Below are positions 12,213 through 24,396 of a DNA stretch of 64,000 bases, one piece after another. Every line of letters starts with the position of its first letter. Position 1 is the first letter of the stretch. Below the pieces are notes generated by a model. It ran no database searches. It was not told the origin of the DNA and was given only the letters and a program-made list of their open reading frames with translations. A program made the translations under genes and the position numbers. Source of the DNA: Eledone cirrhosa (Eukaryota); assembly GCA_964016885.1 (NCBI GenBank), contig OZ024746.1:91574001-91638000 (forward strand). The letters run 5' to 3'.

Positions 12213-12641
12213 AAGGTGCATGGCTTAGTGGTTAGAGCATTGCCCTTGCAATCGAAAGGTTGTTAGTTCAATTCTCGGACCGGGTGATGTGTTGTTTCCT
12301 TGAGCAAGACACTTTATTTCACGTTGCTCCAGTTTACTCAGCTGTAGAAATGAGATGATAGGACTGAGGTTCCTATCATTCCACTACAAAGTGGCCGTGG
12401 AGGCGCCACGGCAAAGAAGCACCCAGCCCACACTGTAAAGTGGACATGTCGGTGCCACGGAAAAAAAGCACCCAGCAATCACTGTAAATGAGATTGGTGT
12501 TAAGGACGGCATCCAGCTGTAGAAATCAGGCCAGAATCAGTCCCTGACAAGGTCAGCCGACTGGACACTGCCCACAACAGGACAACCCGTTTAACCCATG
12601 CTAGCATGGAACAACGCACGTAAAACGGTGATGATGATGAT
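12213..12641 (+). mobile_element. Full tRNA-derived SINE (family A) with RTE 3' UTR and (GAT)n tail
   Basis: A/B-box head and central domain, then about 250 nt matching RTE UTR 8680-8945. Confidence 0.9.
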
Positions 12642-13139
12642 ATATATATTTCTTATTTATATATTTCCATTTTCCTGAACTTCGATAACTTTAAAGAAAA
12701 CTTTGAAATATCTCTAGGGAAATCAACTAATACAAAGTAATATAATCTCTCTCTCTCTCTTTCACCCTATCTCTCTCACTCTAACTAAGTCTCTCTCTCT
12801 TTCTTATACCCTCACTGCCTCCCCCCTCCTCCAATCCATTATTGTGCAGCACTAACTTTAAAACTTTTAATGTTTCACAACAAATGTTAAAGATATCTTA
12901 AACTAAATATTTTCTGTGGAAATGTATTTACTTTCATTATCATTTTGTCTCCTATTTTCATTCCAGCCAAAACTGATTCTATGACCACCACCACCACCAT
13001 CACCAGCCATCATACCATCATCACCACCACCACCAGCCATCATACCACCACCACCACCACCATTGGCATGGAGTTACCTGCAGGTGTGAGCCTCACAAGC
13101 TAGAGTGGCTCTTTCAACAAGCAAGTAAAAATGTATTGC

Positions 13140-13555
13140 AGTATTTAGCTATGTCTGGTTCCAATTATTCCATTCTGGTATCCGTATTGTATGGCCCCGT
13201 AACTGCTGGGGGAAGTCTTAGGGGGACCATATTGCCATACAGTGTTTCTAGGGCATTTTTTAAACCTGGTGAAGCTCATCTCCTCTCTAGGCCCGACTAC
13301 AACAGATTTCTTCCAGAGAAGGATATAGAGAATGAGAAAGTGTAAATGAGAAAGAGATATAGAGGAAGAATCGACCCAGTACTAGACTGGTACATTTTTT
13401 TTATCAACATCAAAAGGATGAAAAGCAAAGTTAACCTCGGCAGAATTTGAACTCAGATAAGTCTGAGAGCCCAAACTCAGATAGGTCAGAGAGCCAAAAC
13501 TTATACCACAGAGCATTTTATCTGATGTTTTAATGACTGCCAATTTGCCACCTTC
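13140..13555 (-). mobile_element. SINE family B variant with a longer distinct tail
   Basis: Same core as family B; tail shared with 13603-13990 and 40393-40610. Confidence 0.65.
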
Positions 13556-13602
13556 AGAATATTTCATTGCTGCTTAATTTATCATTTCCTACAAGAATGA
13601 AA

Positions 13603-13990
13603 AGGCAGCAAATTGGCAAAGTCATTAGAAAGAACGTCGGACAGAATGCTTTGGCTTTGTGGTATTCATTTGAGATCTCTGCTCTCTTAGTTCAAATCCT
13701 ACCAAGGCCAACTTTGCATTTGCTTTCATCCATTCAAGGTCGATAAAAAAAAAGTACCAGTCTAGTAATGGGGTTGATTCTTCTTCTGTGTATCTCACAT
13801 TCATTCTCTCCCTCTCTGTACCTGTCTCTGGAAGAAATCTACTGTATTCAGACCTGGAGAGTAAATGGGTTCTACCAGGTTTAAGAAATGCCCAATAAAC
13901 GCTGTATTTCAATACAACACCCCAACAACTCCCTTGGGAGTTATGGGAGCATGAAAGTACTCTGACCCAAAATTCGTAATTTTGTACCCG
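13603..13990 (+). mobile_element. SINE family B variant, head-to-head with the previous copy
   Basis: ttggcaaagtcattag...gttcaaatcc...tgctttcatccattcaaggtcgataaa...gtaccag. Confidence 0.65.
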
Positions 13991-14148
13991 TGTTTATTTT
14001 TTTGTAAGTGCAGACAGTAATATTTGTTTATGTTCTGCATAAACAGAAGACTCACAGTTCAGCAATTAGCCATGCACAAATCCGTACCTTACTTAAGAGA
14101 CAAGTGAGAGTTGGAACCAGGAAGGGCATCCAGATGTAAAATTCTGCT

Positions 14149-14517
14149 TTAACCTCTTCAGTGCCGTAAACAAGATAACTCGTAGACATTCCAGGGCCAT
14201 GGACAAGATAGTTCGTCCTAACATGTTTGAATTCGTTTCCAACAGTTCATAACTTTAAAGCTAAATGGGGTTACTAGTTTATTGATGTTTGTCAATCATT
14301 CAGGTATTATGTAGGGTTACCAAATAAATTAGTAACTAACCTAACCTTAAAAACTTGTATTGAAGATGTTTTTCTGATTTTCTCTATAATTTCAATGATG
14401 TTGAAGCCTTGTGTTGTTAATAAATGTTTGTTTAAAAACAAAAAGTCATTTTACTGAAAAGAAAACCAGCACAGCAACTGTAGCTGTGTAAAATATACGC
14501 AGCAGGCAACAGATTAA
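14149..14517. mobile_element. TTAA-flanked MITE (piggyBac-like), same family as 24397-24721
   Basis: TTAA-cctcttcagtgc...caacaga-TTAA; internal cagcacagcaactgtagctgtgtaaaatatacgcagcag is the reverse complement of the 40-bp unit at 24405. Confidence 0.65.
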
Positions 14518-14867
14518 ATGTCTCATCCAACGCCAGCATGGAGAAACAGACAATGATGATAAATATAATTTCTGGTATTTGGGATTTTAAAATGTTCTTA
14601 CAATTGCCTATTTTTTTCAGAAAGTTTCAAGTGCACTGTTTCCATTTTGGGATAAGCATATCACATCTTATTTCTGAACCAGAATATCATAACAGAAACA
14701 AATGGTAAGAATAAAAAATAGTAAAGTCCTTATAGAATAGAAGTACTGGAGGTTTATTTATTTTCTAATTCTTCTATAAGAAGAATTTCTTAGATTTACA
14801 CACAACAAAATTACAGAATTTAGACCTATAATTTTATAAGTTTTAAATATTTTATGAAGTTTACGTG

Positions 14868-14876
14868 GATAGATAA

Positions 14877-14953
<77 letters not shown>

Positions 14954-15165
14954 CAGTGACAGATAGATAGATAGAGACAGATAAATAGATAGATTGACAG
15001 TGATAGAGGGAGAGATGGATAGATAGAGGGAGACAGTGATAGATAGAGGGAGAGATAGATAGACAGTGATAGAGGGAGAAATGGATAAACAGTGAGAGAT
15101 GTATAGGGAGAGGGACAGATAGATAGATAGGTAATAAGGGAGAGGGACAGATAGATAGATAGGTA
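14868..15165. repeat. (GATA)n microsatellite and degenerate extension
   Basis: Direct reading. Confidence 0.95.
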
Positions 15166-15754
15166 ATAAAGTAGAGAAAGAGAACAAGTGTATGTTTGTA
15201 AGTAATAGAAAGAGAAAGTAAGAGAGAAAGAGAAGATAGAAGAGAGGGGGGCGGACAAAAAAAAACAATCAGTATTTTTAATCCCAGCTTTATGATACTA
15301 AAATAACTGAAATATACTTTACCAAAATAGGTTTCTACACAAGATTAGTATGAAACAATAGATGGAAAGAGAGAAAAGGGAACTGGTGGTGGGGGGGGGG
15401 GATATAAGAAGGTGCAGAGGGGCGTGTGTGGAGGGGGGGGGGGGCTTCCAGTAAAAACTTACTAAGGGAGAAGAGAATGCAGCCATCAATAAAATGTTTA
15501 TGCTTGTAACCTTCAGAAACAGAAAACCAGAAAATTGGATGATCAAAGATTTAAAATTGATAAAAAAATATTTCAAGAAAATAACAGCAGATATTAGAAA
15601 GAAAAAGAAAAAGAAATGGAAGAAGAAACAAATAAAAAAAGTGATGAAGAAAAAAAAAAAGTCTTTGAGGAAGTTTTAGAAAAGCTGAATATAATATTGC
15701 CATGGTGGTTGGTTAGAGAATATTTGGTTAATGTCAGTTGAGTAGAGTATATAA

Positions 15755-16142
15755 CGGGAAGGGGGGAAGAAATGGGGGGGGGGGGGGTAAAGAAAGGGAA
15801 AGAGAGGGGAGAGGAGAAAAGAAAAGAAAAGAGAGGGAGAGGAGAAAAGAAAAGAAAAGAGAGGGAGAGGAGAAAAGAAAAGAAAAGAGAGGGAGAGGAG
15901 AAAAGAAAGGAAAAGAAGGAGGGGGAAGAGAATGTGGAAGAGAGACGGAGAAGGAGAAAAGAAAGAAGGAAAAGAAAGGAAGAGAGGGATGGAAAGAAAA
16001 AGGAATAAATGAAAGAAAGGAAAGACAGAAAAAGGAGCAAGAAGGAAAGAAGAAGAGAGGAAGAAAGGGGTGAAAGAAAGGAAGGAAAGAAAAAGAAATT
16101 ACTAGAAAGAACAGAAGAAGGAATAAAAGAAAGAAAGAGAAA
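15755..16142. repeat. Polypurine (GA-rich) low-complexity tract
   Basis: Direct reading. Confidence 0.9.
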
Positions 16143-16181
16143 TCAATGAAGTGAGGAAATCTGACAAGGAATTAGAAGGTC

Positions 16182-16316
<135 letters not shown>

Positions 16317-16337
16317 CATCATCACCGTTTAACGGCC

Positions 16338-16517
16338 ATGGCAGAATCGGTAGAGGGACTCCATGCTTTCACGCATAGAGTTGCGGCCCTTTCCATTCTG
16401 TGTTCAAATCTCGCCGAACTTAACTTTGCCTTTCATCCTTTCGAGGTCGATAAAATAAAGTACCAGTAATACACTGGGATAATTGCTGGCCTTGTGCCAA
16501 AAGTAGAAATAATTATT
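16338..16517 (+). mobile_element. tRNA-derived SINE family B (Meta/MESC-like central domain)
   Basis: tggcagaatcggtag...gttcaaatc...gcctttcatcctttcgaggtcgataaaataaagtaccag. Confidence 0.85.
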
Positions 16518-16522
16518 TTTAT

Positions 16523-16558
<36 letters not shown>

Positions 16559-16722
16559 GTATATACATATATATATACACATGTATATACATATATATAT
16601 ATACATGTATATACATATATATATACACATGTATATACATATATATATACACATGTATATACGTATATATATACATATATACATCATCATCATCATCAAC
16701 GTTTAACGTCCGTGTTCCACGC

Positions 16723-16762
<40 letters not shown>

Positions 16763-16808
16763 ATATATATATACACATATATATATATATACACATATAT
16801 ATATATAC

Positions 16809-16839
<31 letters not shown>

Positions 16840-16842
16840 CAC

Positions 16843-16873
<31 letters not shown>

Positions 16874-16978
16874 CACATATATATATATATACATATATAT
16901 ATATACACATATATATATATACACATATATGTCAATATAGGGTATGTCAATATTTATTTATAAAACTGATCTATATTA

Positions 16979-17043
16979 TATTTTATCTGATGAAAGCGCA
17001 CCATAATTTGACTTGGTGTCCTTGAAATATGTATAATGAAATA
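16979..17043 (+). ncRNA. Minimal type I hammerhead ribozyme in pLTR-like repeat 16938-17178
   Basis: tattttat-CTGATGA-aagcgcacca...tggtgtcctt-GAAA-tatgta-TA|atgaaata. Confidence 0.85.
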
Positions 17044-17510
17044 AATATGGTTTTATAAATATAGTTTCCATTTGTTAATATATTGTATTTTTACTCCAAT
17101 AATTTGTTGAGTGCTTTATATCAGTTATAAAGATATTTGCTTGTTGTATCCCAACAATTTAAATATAACTTCTACATATATATACATATATATATACATA
17201 TAATATATTATATATATATCATATATATATATATATATCATATTATATATACATCATATTATATATATATCATATATATTATAAATGTAATCCAAGTTTT
17301 TCCATATTAATAACATTAGATTCGTTTGCAATTATGCAAACAAGCCTCAATTTTATATATTATATATGTATCATATATATTATATATATAATATATATAT
17401 ATAATATATATAATATATAATATATATAATATATATATAATATATAATATATAATATATATATAATATATATATATATAATATATATATATATGATATAT
17501 ATAATATATA

Positions 17511-17674
17511 TCATCATCATCATCATTTTACGTCCGCTTTTCCCTGCTTGCAAGGGTGGGACGGGAACTGATTCTGGCTTGATTTCTACAGCTGGATGCC
17601 CTTCCTAACACCAACCTCATTTACAGTGAGTGCTGGGTGCTTTTTTGCCGTGGCACCTCCATGACCACTTTGCA
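17511..17674 (-). mobile_element. RTE 3' UTR / SINE A tail fragment within a (TA)n field
   Basis: Matches the RTE UTR; (CAT)n tail on the plus strand. Confidence 0.85.
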
Positions 17675-17678
17675 TAAT

Positions 17679-17710
<32 letters not shown>

Positions 17711-18004
17711 ATATATATATATATATAATATATATAATATATATAATATATATAATATATATATATATAATATATATAATATATATATATATATACTATA
17801 TATATATTATATATATTCATCATCATCATTATCACCATTTAACGTCAATTTTTCCAACGGCAACCAGCTGTAAAAAAAACCTGCTAGAGACGCTTCCGTG
17901 CAAATGAGACATGGTCTCCTCGACCTTTCCCGCATCAAATGGAACAAAACCATCTAACACATGCTAGCGTGGAAGAGGGACGTTAAACAATAAAGTTGAT
18001 GATA

Positions 18005-18350
18005 TCATCATCATTCATCATCATTTCATTTTACGTCCACTTTTCCCTGCTTGCAAGGGTGGGACGGGAACTGATTCTGGCTTGATTTCTACAGCTGGAT
18101 GCCCTTCCTAACACCAACCTCATTTACAGTGAGTGCTGGGTGCTTTTTTTCGTGGCACCTCCACGACCACTTTGCAGTGGAATGATAGGGACCCCAGTCC
18201 TGATCATCTCATTTCTACAGCTGAGTAAACTGGAGCAATGTGAAATAAAGTGTCTTGCTCAAGGAAACAACACATCACCCGATCTGAGAATTGAACTCAC
18301 AACCTTTCGATTGCAAGGCCAATGCTCTAACCACTAAGCCATGTGCCTCC
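18005..18350 (-). mobile_element. SINE family A
   Basis: Near-identical to 4388-4699. Confidence 0.88.
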
Positions 18351-18782
18351 ATTTATATATATATATATGTATAAAAATAACAAAATAAGATGCTGAAACA
18401 ATTGCTCTCGGTATGCGGATCTTCAGCTTGGACTGGTAATGGTTATATGGAATAAAAGTGACCGTTTCTGCGCATGCGCATGAACACGCTTGCGCAGAAA
18501 CAGTAACTTCACCCAAGCAATACAAAACCACGGGTGAAGGGCGTAAGGGAGATAACTGCGAATGTCCGGAATAAAATGTTCGAGTTGATTAGAAAATTAG
18601 AATGTTGTTGTTATTCAATCCAGAGCTTTGTAGTTATGTAAGAGGTGTTTCCAGACATGTGGACATATATATATATAAAGATTTACATATACACAAACTA
18701 AACAAAGTCACAGATATATATGTTTTGGCAACCATTCATGATGTGGCTCAATGATGAATTAATAAATTAAATAATCAGAGCA

Positions 18783-18983
18783 ATATACTATAAAGTATGT
18801 CCATAGAATCATTTGATAATATATATACACCATTTCCTCTCCCAATTAGCATAATCAACCACATAAAAAAATCAATTAGACCAGGCTATGAGATTAAAAG
18901 GCACCTATGAAGAAGTATTATGCTAATTGGGAGAGGAAATGGTGTATATATATTATCAAATGATTCTTTGGACATACTTTATA

Positions 18984-18989
<6 letters not shown>
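18783..18989. repeat. Inverted repeat, about 72-bp arms and about 60-bp spacer, abutting (TA)n
   Basis: atatactataaagtatgtcca...tagcataat / attatgcta...tggacatactttatagtatat. Confidence 0.9.
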
Positions 18990-19032
<43 letters not shown>

Positions 19033-19144
19033 TTGTATGTCTTCTCCAGAGATGAAGTGGTAGTAAGAGGTGTAGAAGAAATAATACATGTAATGTGTCA
19101 CATTAAAACTAGAATGAGACTAAAGTATAACTCCAGTGTTTATC

Positions 19145-19505
19145 ATATCATATGATAGCAGAGATAGGGTGGGAGAGGGGGGATATATATATATCATATG
19201 GTAGCAGAGAGATGAGGGGGGGGGGATATATATATATCATATGGTAGCAGTGATAGGGTGGGGTGGGGGTATATATATATCATATGGTAGCAGAGATAGG
19301 GAGGGGGATTATATATCATATGGTAGCAGAGATAAGGAGGGGGATTATATATCATATGGTAGCAGAGATAGAGGACGGGGATTATATATCATATGGTAGC
19401 AGAGATAGGGGGAGGGGGTGATTATGTATCATCTGGTAGCAGAGATAGGGGGGGGGGTGATTATATATCATATGGTAGCAGAGCTAGGGTAGGGGGGTAG
19501 GGATA
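19145..19505. repeat. Minisatellite of about 32 bp, tatatcatatggtagcagagata(G)n, about 10 copies
   Basis: Direct reading. Confidence 0.9.
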
Positions 19506-19698
19506 TATAAATACATAAGATCTGGAAACAATGCAATTCAAGAAATATTTTCAATGCATCATCTACTGCAATCTATCTCTCATTGAATGTTGAGAGATTA
19601 TATATAATATATATATATGTTATTCCGGGTTGAATCGGGAGTAACCACAGTAGATAAGGTACTCAATACATAGAGTATAAATGTTTTAATATAGAAAA

Positions 19699-19747
19699 GC
19701 TTCTACAGGACTAGAACTGTTTCATTCGTGAGAAATCATCAGGAAGC
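19699..19747 (-). ncRNA. Type I hammerhead ribozyme, left arm of palindrome 19690-19803
   Basis: gcttc-CTGATGA-tttc tcac gaat-GAAA-cag ttctagtc ctg-TA|gaagc. The mirror copy at 19746-19793 (+) has CTGAAGA but GAAG. Confidence 0.85.
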
Positions 19748-19798
19748 TCCTGAAGATTTCTCACGAATGAAGCAGTTCTAGTCCTGTAGAAGCTTTTC

Positions 19799-19829
<31 letters not shown>

Positions 19830-19987
19830 TATTATGTCTCATATAAAATAATACAGCCGACTTTCTACATAATACAATATAGTTAGCACAACGTATAATT
19901 GGGAATATACTTAGGTATTTCCTAATGTTTGTTGAGTGAGATGGAAGTTGGTCGGAGTATCGCTAATAGCTTTCTCTGTTAATGTAT

Positions 19988-20038
<51 letters not shown>

Positions 20039-20040
<2 letters not shown>

Positions 20041-20460
20041 TAGCAGGGTATTAAATAGCAGTTGTTTATACCATTTATGTCAATACTTCAGTGCTGCTTC
20101 GAAAACTATACTTTTACAAAATCATCGGCTTTTTCCAAAAGGGGGTTCCTGCCCCCAGGGGTCCCCTACTCAATATGTGCCAATTCTGAGAGTTCACATT
20201 CATCTGTAGGATAAACGTAGCCCATGTTGTGTCAAGTTTTGTGAAAATCGGTTGCGAACTCCAGAAGTTATGATGTTTTGTTGCATTGCACTGCAGTGCT
20301 TCAGTCGACTCCAAGGAATTGGTTAAAGGGGGTTATCTGCCGGGAGGCCCTATAATCAATATCTTGAAAATGAAAGTGCCCATGACCATCCGGAGTACAT
20401 AAGTAACCTATGTCTTAAGTTTGGATGAAAATACTGTAGAAATGCATAAGGTTTATACAT
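20039..20460 (-). mobile_element. Helitron-like fragment (3' CTAG end)
   Basis: actag at 20039 directly after (TA)n; internal aagttttgtgaaaatcgg / aagtttggatgaaaat motifs resembling non-autonomous Helitron-like repeats. Confidence 0.4.
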
Positions 20461-20464
20461 ATGC

Positions 20465-20540
<76 letters not shown>

Positions 20541-20917
20541 TTGTGTGTGCGTATGTATGTGTATGTCCGTCGGGGCATAAATCTGGCCTAAATCTTCACT
20601 ATTTACTTTTACTATTTTAATAACCTCTGTCATTTTCGTTTTCAATTTTATTTACATCATTCTGAAACTCCGGGGCTGGAAATCATTCGGTTATTTTAAA
20701 TAGAATATTAGTCTAACGGCTCCATTTATACCATAAACTTGGTCTTGTCTTTGCATGAAATTGTTCTTCTCGGTCCACATAACGACGCGTTATCCTTGCT
20801 TTTTTCCCGTTCATTACCAGAGAACGTTTTCACGAACCAAAATATCGTCTTCCTGTTTTCCTTCGGCTGCAACGTTTCTCAAAATATTTACTTCTGCGTT
20901 CACAGATTAAATTTTTT

Positions 20918-20968
20918 AGTTTCAGAAGATCCCGTTAATGTTGAAAGCAGCGGTTCTTTGCTTAAACT
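20918..20968 (+). ncRNA. Hammerhead-like motif with variant core CAGAAGA
   Basis: agttt-CAGAAGA-...-GAAA-gca...tgc-TT|aaact, with an outer helix acagattaa/ttaatctgt. Confidence 0.45.
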
Positions 20969-20989
20969 TTAATCTGTTCTTATAAAATA

Positions 20990-21027
<38 letters not shown>

Positions 21028-21157
21028 AAGAGAGAGAGAGATGCTTTGTATGGCTTTTGGAGGAAGGAGTGACCAGCAGTACGTTGTTCGGTATTATTAC
21101 GAAAAGGTGTAGCAGAGAATCCCGCGTGAACTAACAGCTCGGGAGCAAACCGCTTAC

Positions 21158-21177
21158 CTCGAAGATTCATTTGCCAT
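21158..21177 (-). CDS. Candidate first coding micro-exon (MANESS, phase 2) of an unidentified host gene
   Basis: acgATGG start context, strong AG|GTAAGC donor, locally CpG-rich unique sequence; no homology support. Confidence 0.25.
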
Positions 21178-21340
21178 CGTTCTTGTCAACGCTCCGTTTA
21201 CTTGATAATTGTTGGTCTATAGTTAGATGAATGGCACACAAAGGGTTAATGTTTATTGGCAAGAAGTTTTTTGAATAATAAAAGACAGGTTAAAGCAACC
21301 TGCAATGTATCTGTGTATATATATATATATACATACACAG

Positions 21341-21376
<36 letters not shown>

Positions 21377-21515
21377 GTGCGTATGTGTTTATGTATGCAT
21401 ATATATGTGTGTGTATGTGTGTGTGTATGTGTGTATATATATATATAAATATATGTGTGTGTGTGTGTATATATACATATATTTTTATGTGTATATCTAT
21501 ATGTGTATGTGTTTG

Positions 21516-21568
<53 letters not shown>

Positions 21569-21697
21569 GCTTCTATCTTTACACACGGCACTGGACAGAA
21601 TTGCTTCCACATCATTCATTCTCATCTCGGGAACAATTTTGAATAGCGCCAGTTCGTAATTTTAACTCAGGAATTTTATATTCTCCGAGTGAAAAGA

Positions 21698-21784
21698 ACC
21701 TTCTGACGAGAGTTTATCTTTTCAATGGAGGCCCGCAAGGACTATCCATTTATTTTTGAGACTCGAAACCGATTCGGTAAAGGT
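21698..21784 (+). ncRNA. Type I hammerhead ribozyme with extended stem II
   Basis: acctt-CTGACGA-gagttt...aatgga..cc GCAA gg..tccatt...agactc-GAAA-ccg att cgg-TA|aaggt. Confidence 0.85.
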
Positions 21785-21851
21785 AACCATAGTGAGTACA
21801 GTGAATCTTTTAAAATTTATTTTGAAACTTTTTCTTATTTGCTAAACCTTG

Positions 21852-21904
<53 letters not shown>

Positions 21905-21911
21905 ATATGTA

Positions 21912-21947
<36 letters not shown>

Positions 21948-22084
21948 AGTAGTTATGTATATATATATATATACGTGGGCGTGCGTGCGTGTGTGTGTGA
22001 ATGTAGCGAAGATAATACGTCAGAATGACGTTATGCAGACAGCCAGGCATACAGACAGATATTATAAGAGCACAACAGAGATGG

Positions 22085-22268
22085 ATAACCGGCGCCTAAC
22101 ACCCTTTAACAACAGAAAATTGAAAAATAAAAAGTGGCAGTTAATATCTTTAGACCGCAAGGAATATATAAATGCAAGTTTGAAGTCAATCGGAGTAGAA
22201 ATGTGGATTTGTATAGACTTTGCAAAAATGAGGACACACAGACAACATCAGTTTTATATATATAGATA
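22085..22268 (-). mobile_element. Helitron-like fragment (5' TC end)
   Basis: The minus strand begins a|TCtatatatataaaactg; contains aagtttgaagtcaatcgg. Confidence 0.45.
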
Positions 22269-22454
22269 TATATATAGGGTGTCTCAAACAAATGTACATA
22301 TATAGTTATTAGAATGCTGTTGAAGTGTGTATACATTTTGGGGGATACTGTGTGTGTGTGTGTGTTTCTTCAGTGTACTGTGTTGTTGCAGTTTACTTTT
22401 TTCAAAGATAGAGGGGGTGTGGGGTGAGAGAGATGGGGGTTAGAGAGAGGGGGT

Positions 22455-22500
<46 letters not shown>

Positions 22501-22974
22501 AGGGGAGATTATAATTGTTAGTGGTGTGAAGGAAATGTTTTAAGTAGGTGGCAGCACATTCAATATACTGAACTAGGGTTTCAGTTAATGGCTTTCAACT
22601 TGCTGCTGCACAATTGAAAGTTCATCTGATTTTGGAAAGAATCAGGCCAACAACAGATGTAATAATCTACAGTTGTCTTGGAAACCAGTTCTTGTTTCCA
22701 TTTTTTTTTTTTTCTTTTTGCACTTCTTAAAGCATTTAAAATAGCAGAAAACGAAATATAGGGAATTGAGTTAAGGTGTTAAATTAATATTTCTTTATTA
22801 GAATTACAAGAAGTGAAATAAAACACTAACAAGTTGCCATTGGCAACTCTCTTCTTCATCCTATCATAGAATATGTTATAGATGAAGGGAACATTGGAAA
22901 GTGAGACACAAGACTGCAGAAGATAAGAAAAATATAGAAACAAGGAAAAGATATTTCTAATTTAAAACTGTCAT

Positions 22975-23078
22975 TTATTTAGTAACAGTATATTATTTAG
23001 TAACAGTATATTATTTAGTAACAGTATATTATTTAGTAACAGTATATTATTTAGTAACAGTATATTATTTAGTAACAC
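22975..23078. repeat. 18-bp minisatellite ttatttagtaacagtata, about 6 copies
   Basis: Direct reading. Confidence 0.95.
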
Positions 23079-23279
23079 TAAGATTTGAGTGAGCCTAAGA
23101 AGAATCTCTGTGGTTGTTCAATTGGTTAGAAATAACAGCCAAATCTGTCTGAAATTACCATATATACTCGAATATAAGACAAGGAATATAAGACCAAAAA
23201 ATTGATGGTAGGATGAGGAGGGGGCTTATATTTGGGGTTAATATTTTGATGATTTTCACCAACTTTTTAATTCTACGTA

Positions 23280-23473
23280 AATAATTGTTTCTACTTTTGG
23301 CACACGGCCAGCAAATACCCCAGTGTATTACTGGTACTTTATCTTATCGACCCCGTAAGGATGAAAGGCAAAGTTAACCTTGGCGGGATTTGAACTCAGA
23401 ACACAAAGGGCCATAACTCTATGCAGCAAAGCATGGGGTCTGACGCTCTACCGATATGGCCAATCCATTGCCC
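23280..23473 (-). mobile_element. SINE family B, full length
   Basis: Reverse-complement match to 28827-29017. Confidence 0.88.
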
Positions 23474-24396
23474 TTCTACAAAACGATGTTTGCCCATTTC
23501 TCAGCCATTAAATAGTGTGGTTGGCTTATAGGACATTTGATACTTCCTTCCTGACATCTTAAAAAAAAAAAAGGAAATGTAGTTTGAGATACACTGCTTG
23601 ACAAAAATTGGATGGCCATAGCTGGAAGAACAGTGCTGATGAACAATTTTGGGGCCCCGAAGACTGGTGGGGGTGGAGGCAAGTTATCTAGATAAGAGAC
23701 CTAGCCTGTTTAAAGTAGACTCCACAGGAGAGTGTGTATCATTATGATTATCAACATCCACTATTATATTCACATCTATCCAGAAATGTCCTTTAGTATA
23801 AAGATGCGCTCACCAAACTTTATTGCTAATAGATATACTATATAAAGACATTGTGTTGCACTTAAAACCTAATGGGTCACTTCACTTATCCATTCACTCA
23901 CTGACTATAATTTAGACTAAGAGCTGTTTAATTTCTTTCTTTCCTCAATATACTGTCATTATGTCTGACATTAACAATGAGTATAAGTCTGTTATACAAC
24001 TCCAATACTTTTATTAATCTAAAGCTACACTGCAACAAACACTGTAGAATAGAGATAAGCTCTGAAAGATGCAAGCCTATAATGCAATTTTGATTCCCAG
24101 TTCTAATATACCTTACACTTCACTTAATTTATATCATTATTACTCTTACGAAAGACATGACCATCAAGAAGTCTCATTTCCTCTTTCCTATAAATGTTGT
24201 GCCGATAGAAGAAATCAATTTATACAGCACAATACACACTTTTCAAAACATTTATTGCTCTCCACCTCAACAAATGGTTTACTTTCATCATGAAATCTTT
24301 CAACAGTATTTTCCATCCTCATATGTAACTTAGCCGATGAAGGAACACTGCTAGAAATAACAGAACACAATTTTTACTTACACTACACAGCCATCT

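Noticed and set aside
12213-12290. tRNA-Cys-like gene (A/B boxes, GCA loop)
   Set aside because: No proper acceptor stem, and it continues into a SINE body found in several copies
18392-18432. Minus-strand CTGAAGA...GAGA-gcaattgt hammerhead-like string
   Set aside because: GAAA is mutated and there is no convincing stem I or stem II
22541-22556. CTCF-like motif aagtaggtggcagca
   Set aside because: A partial match, expected by chance in 64 kb
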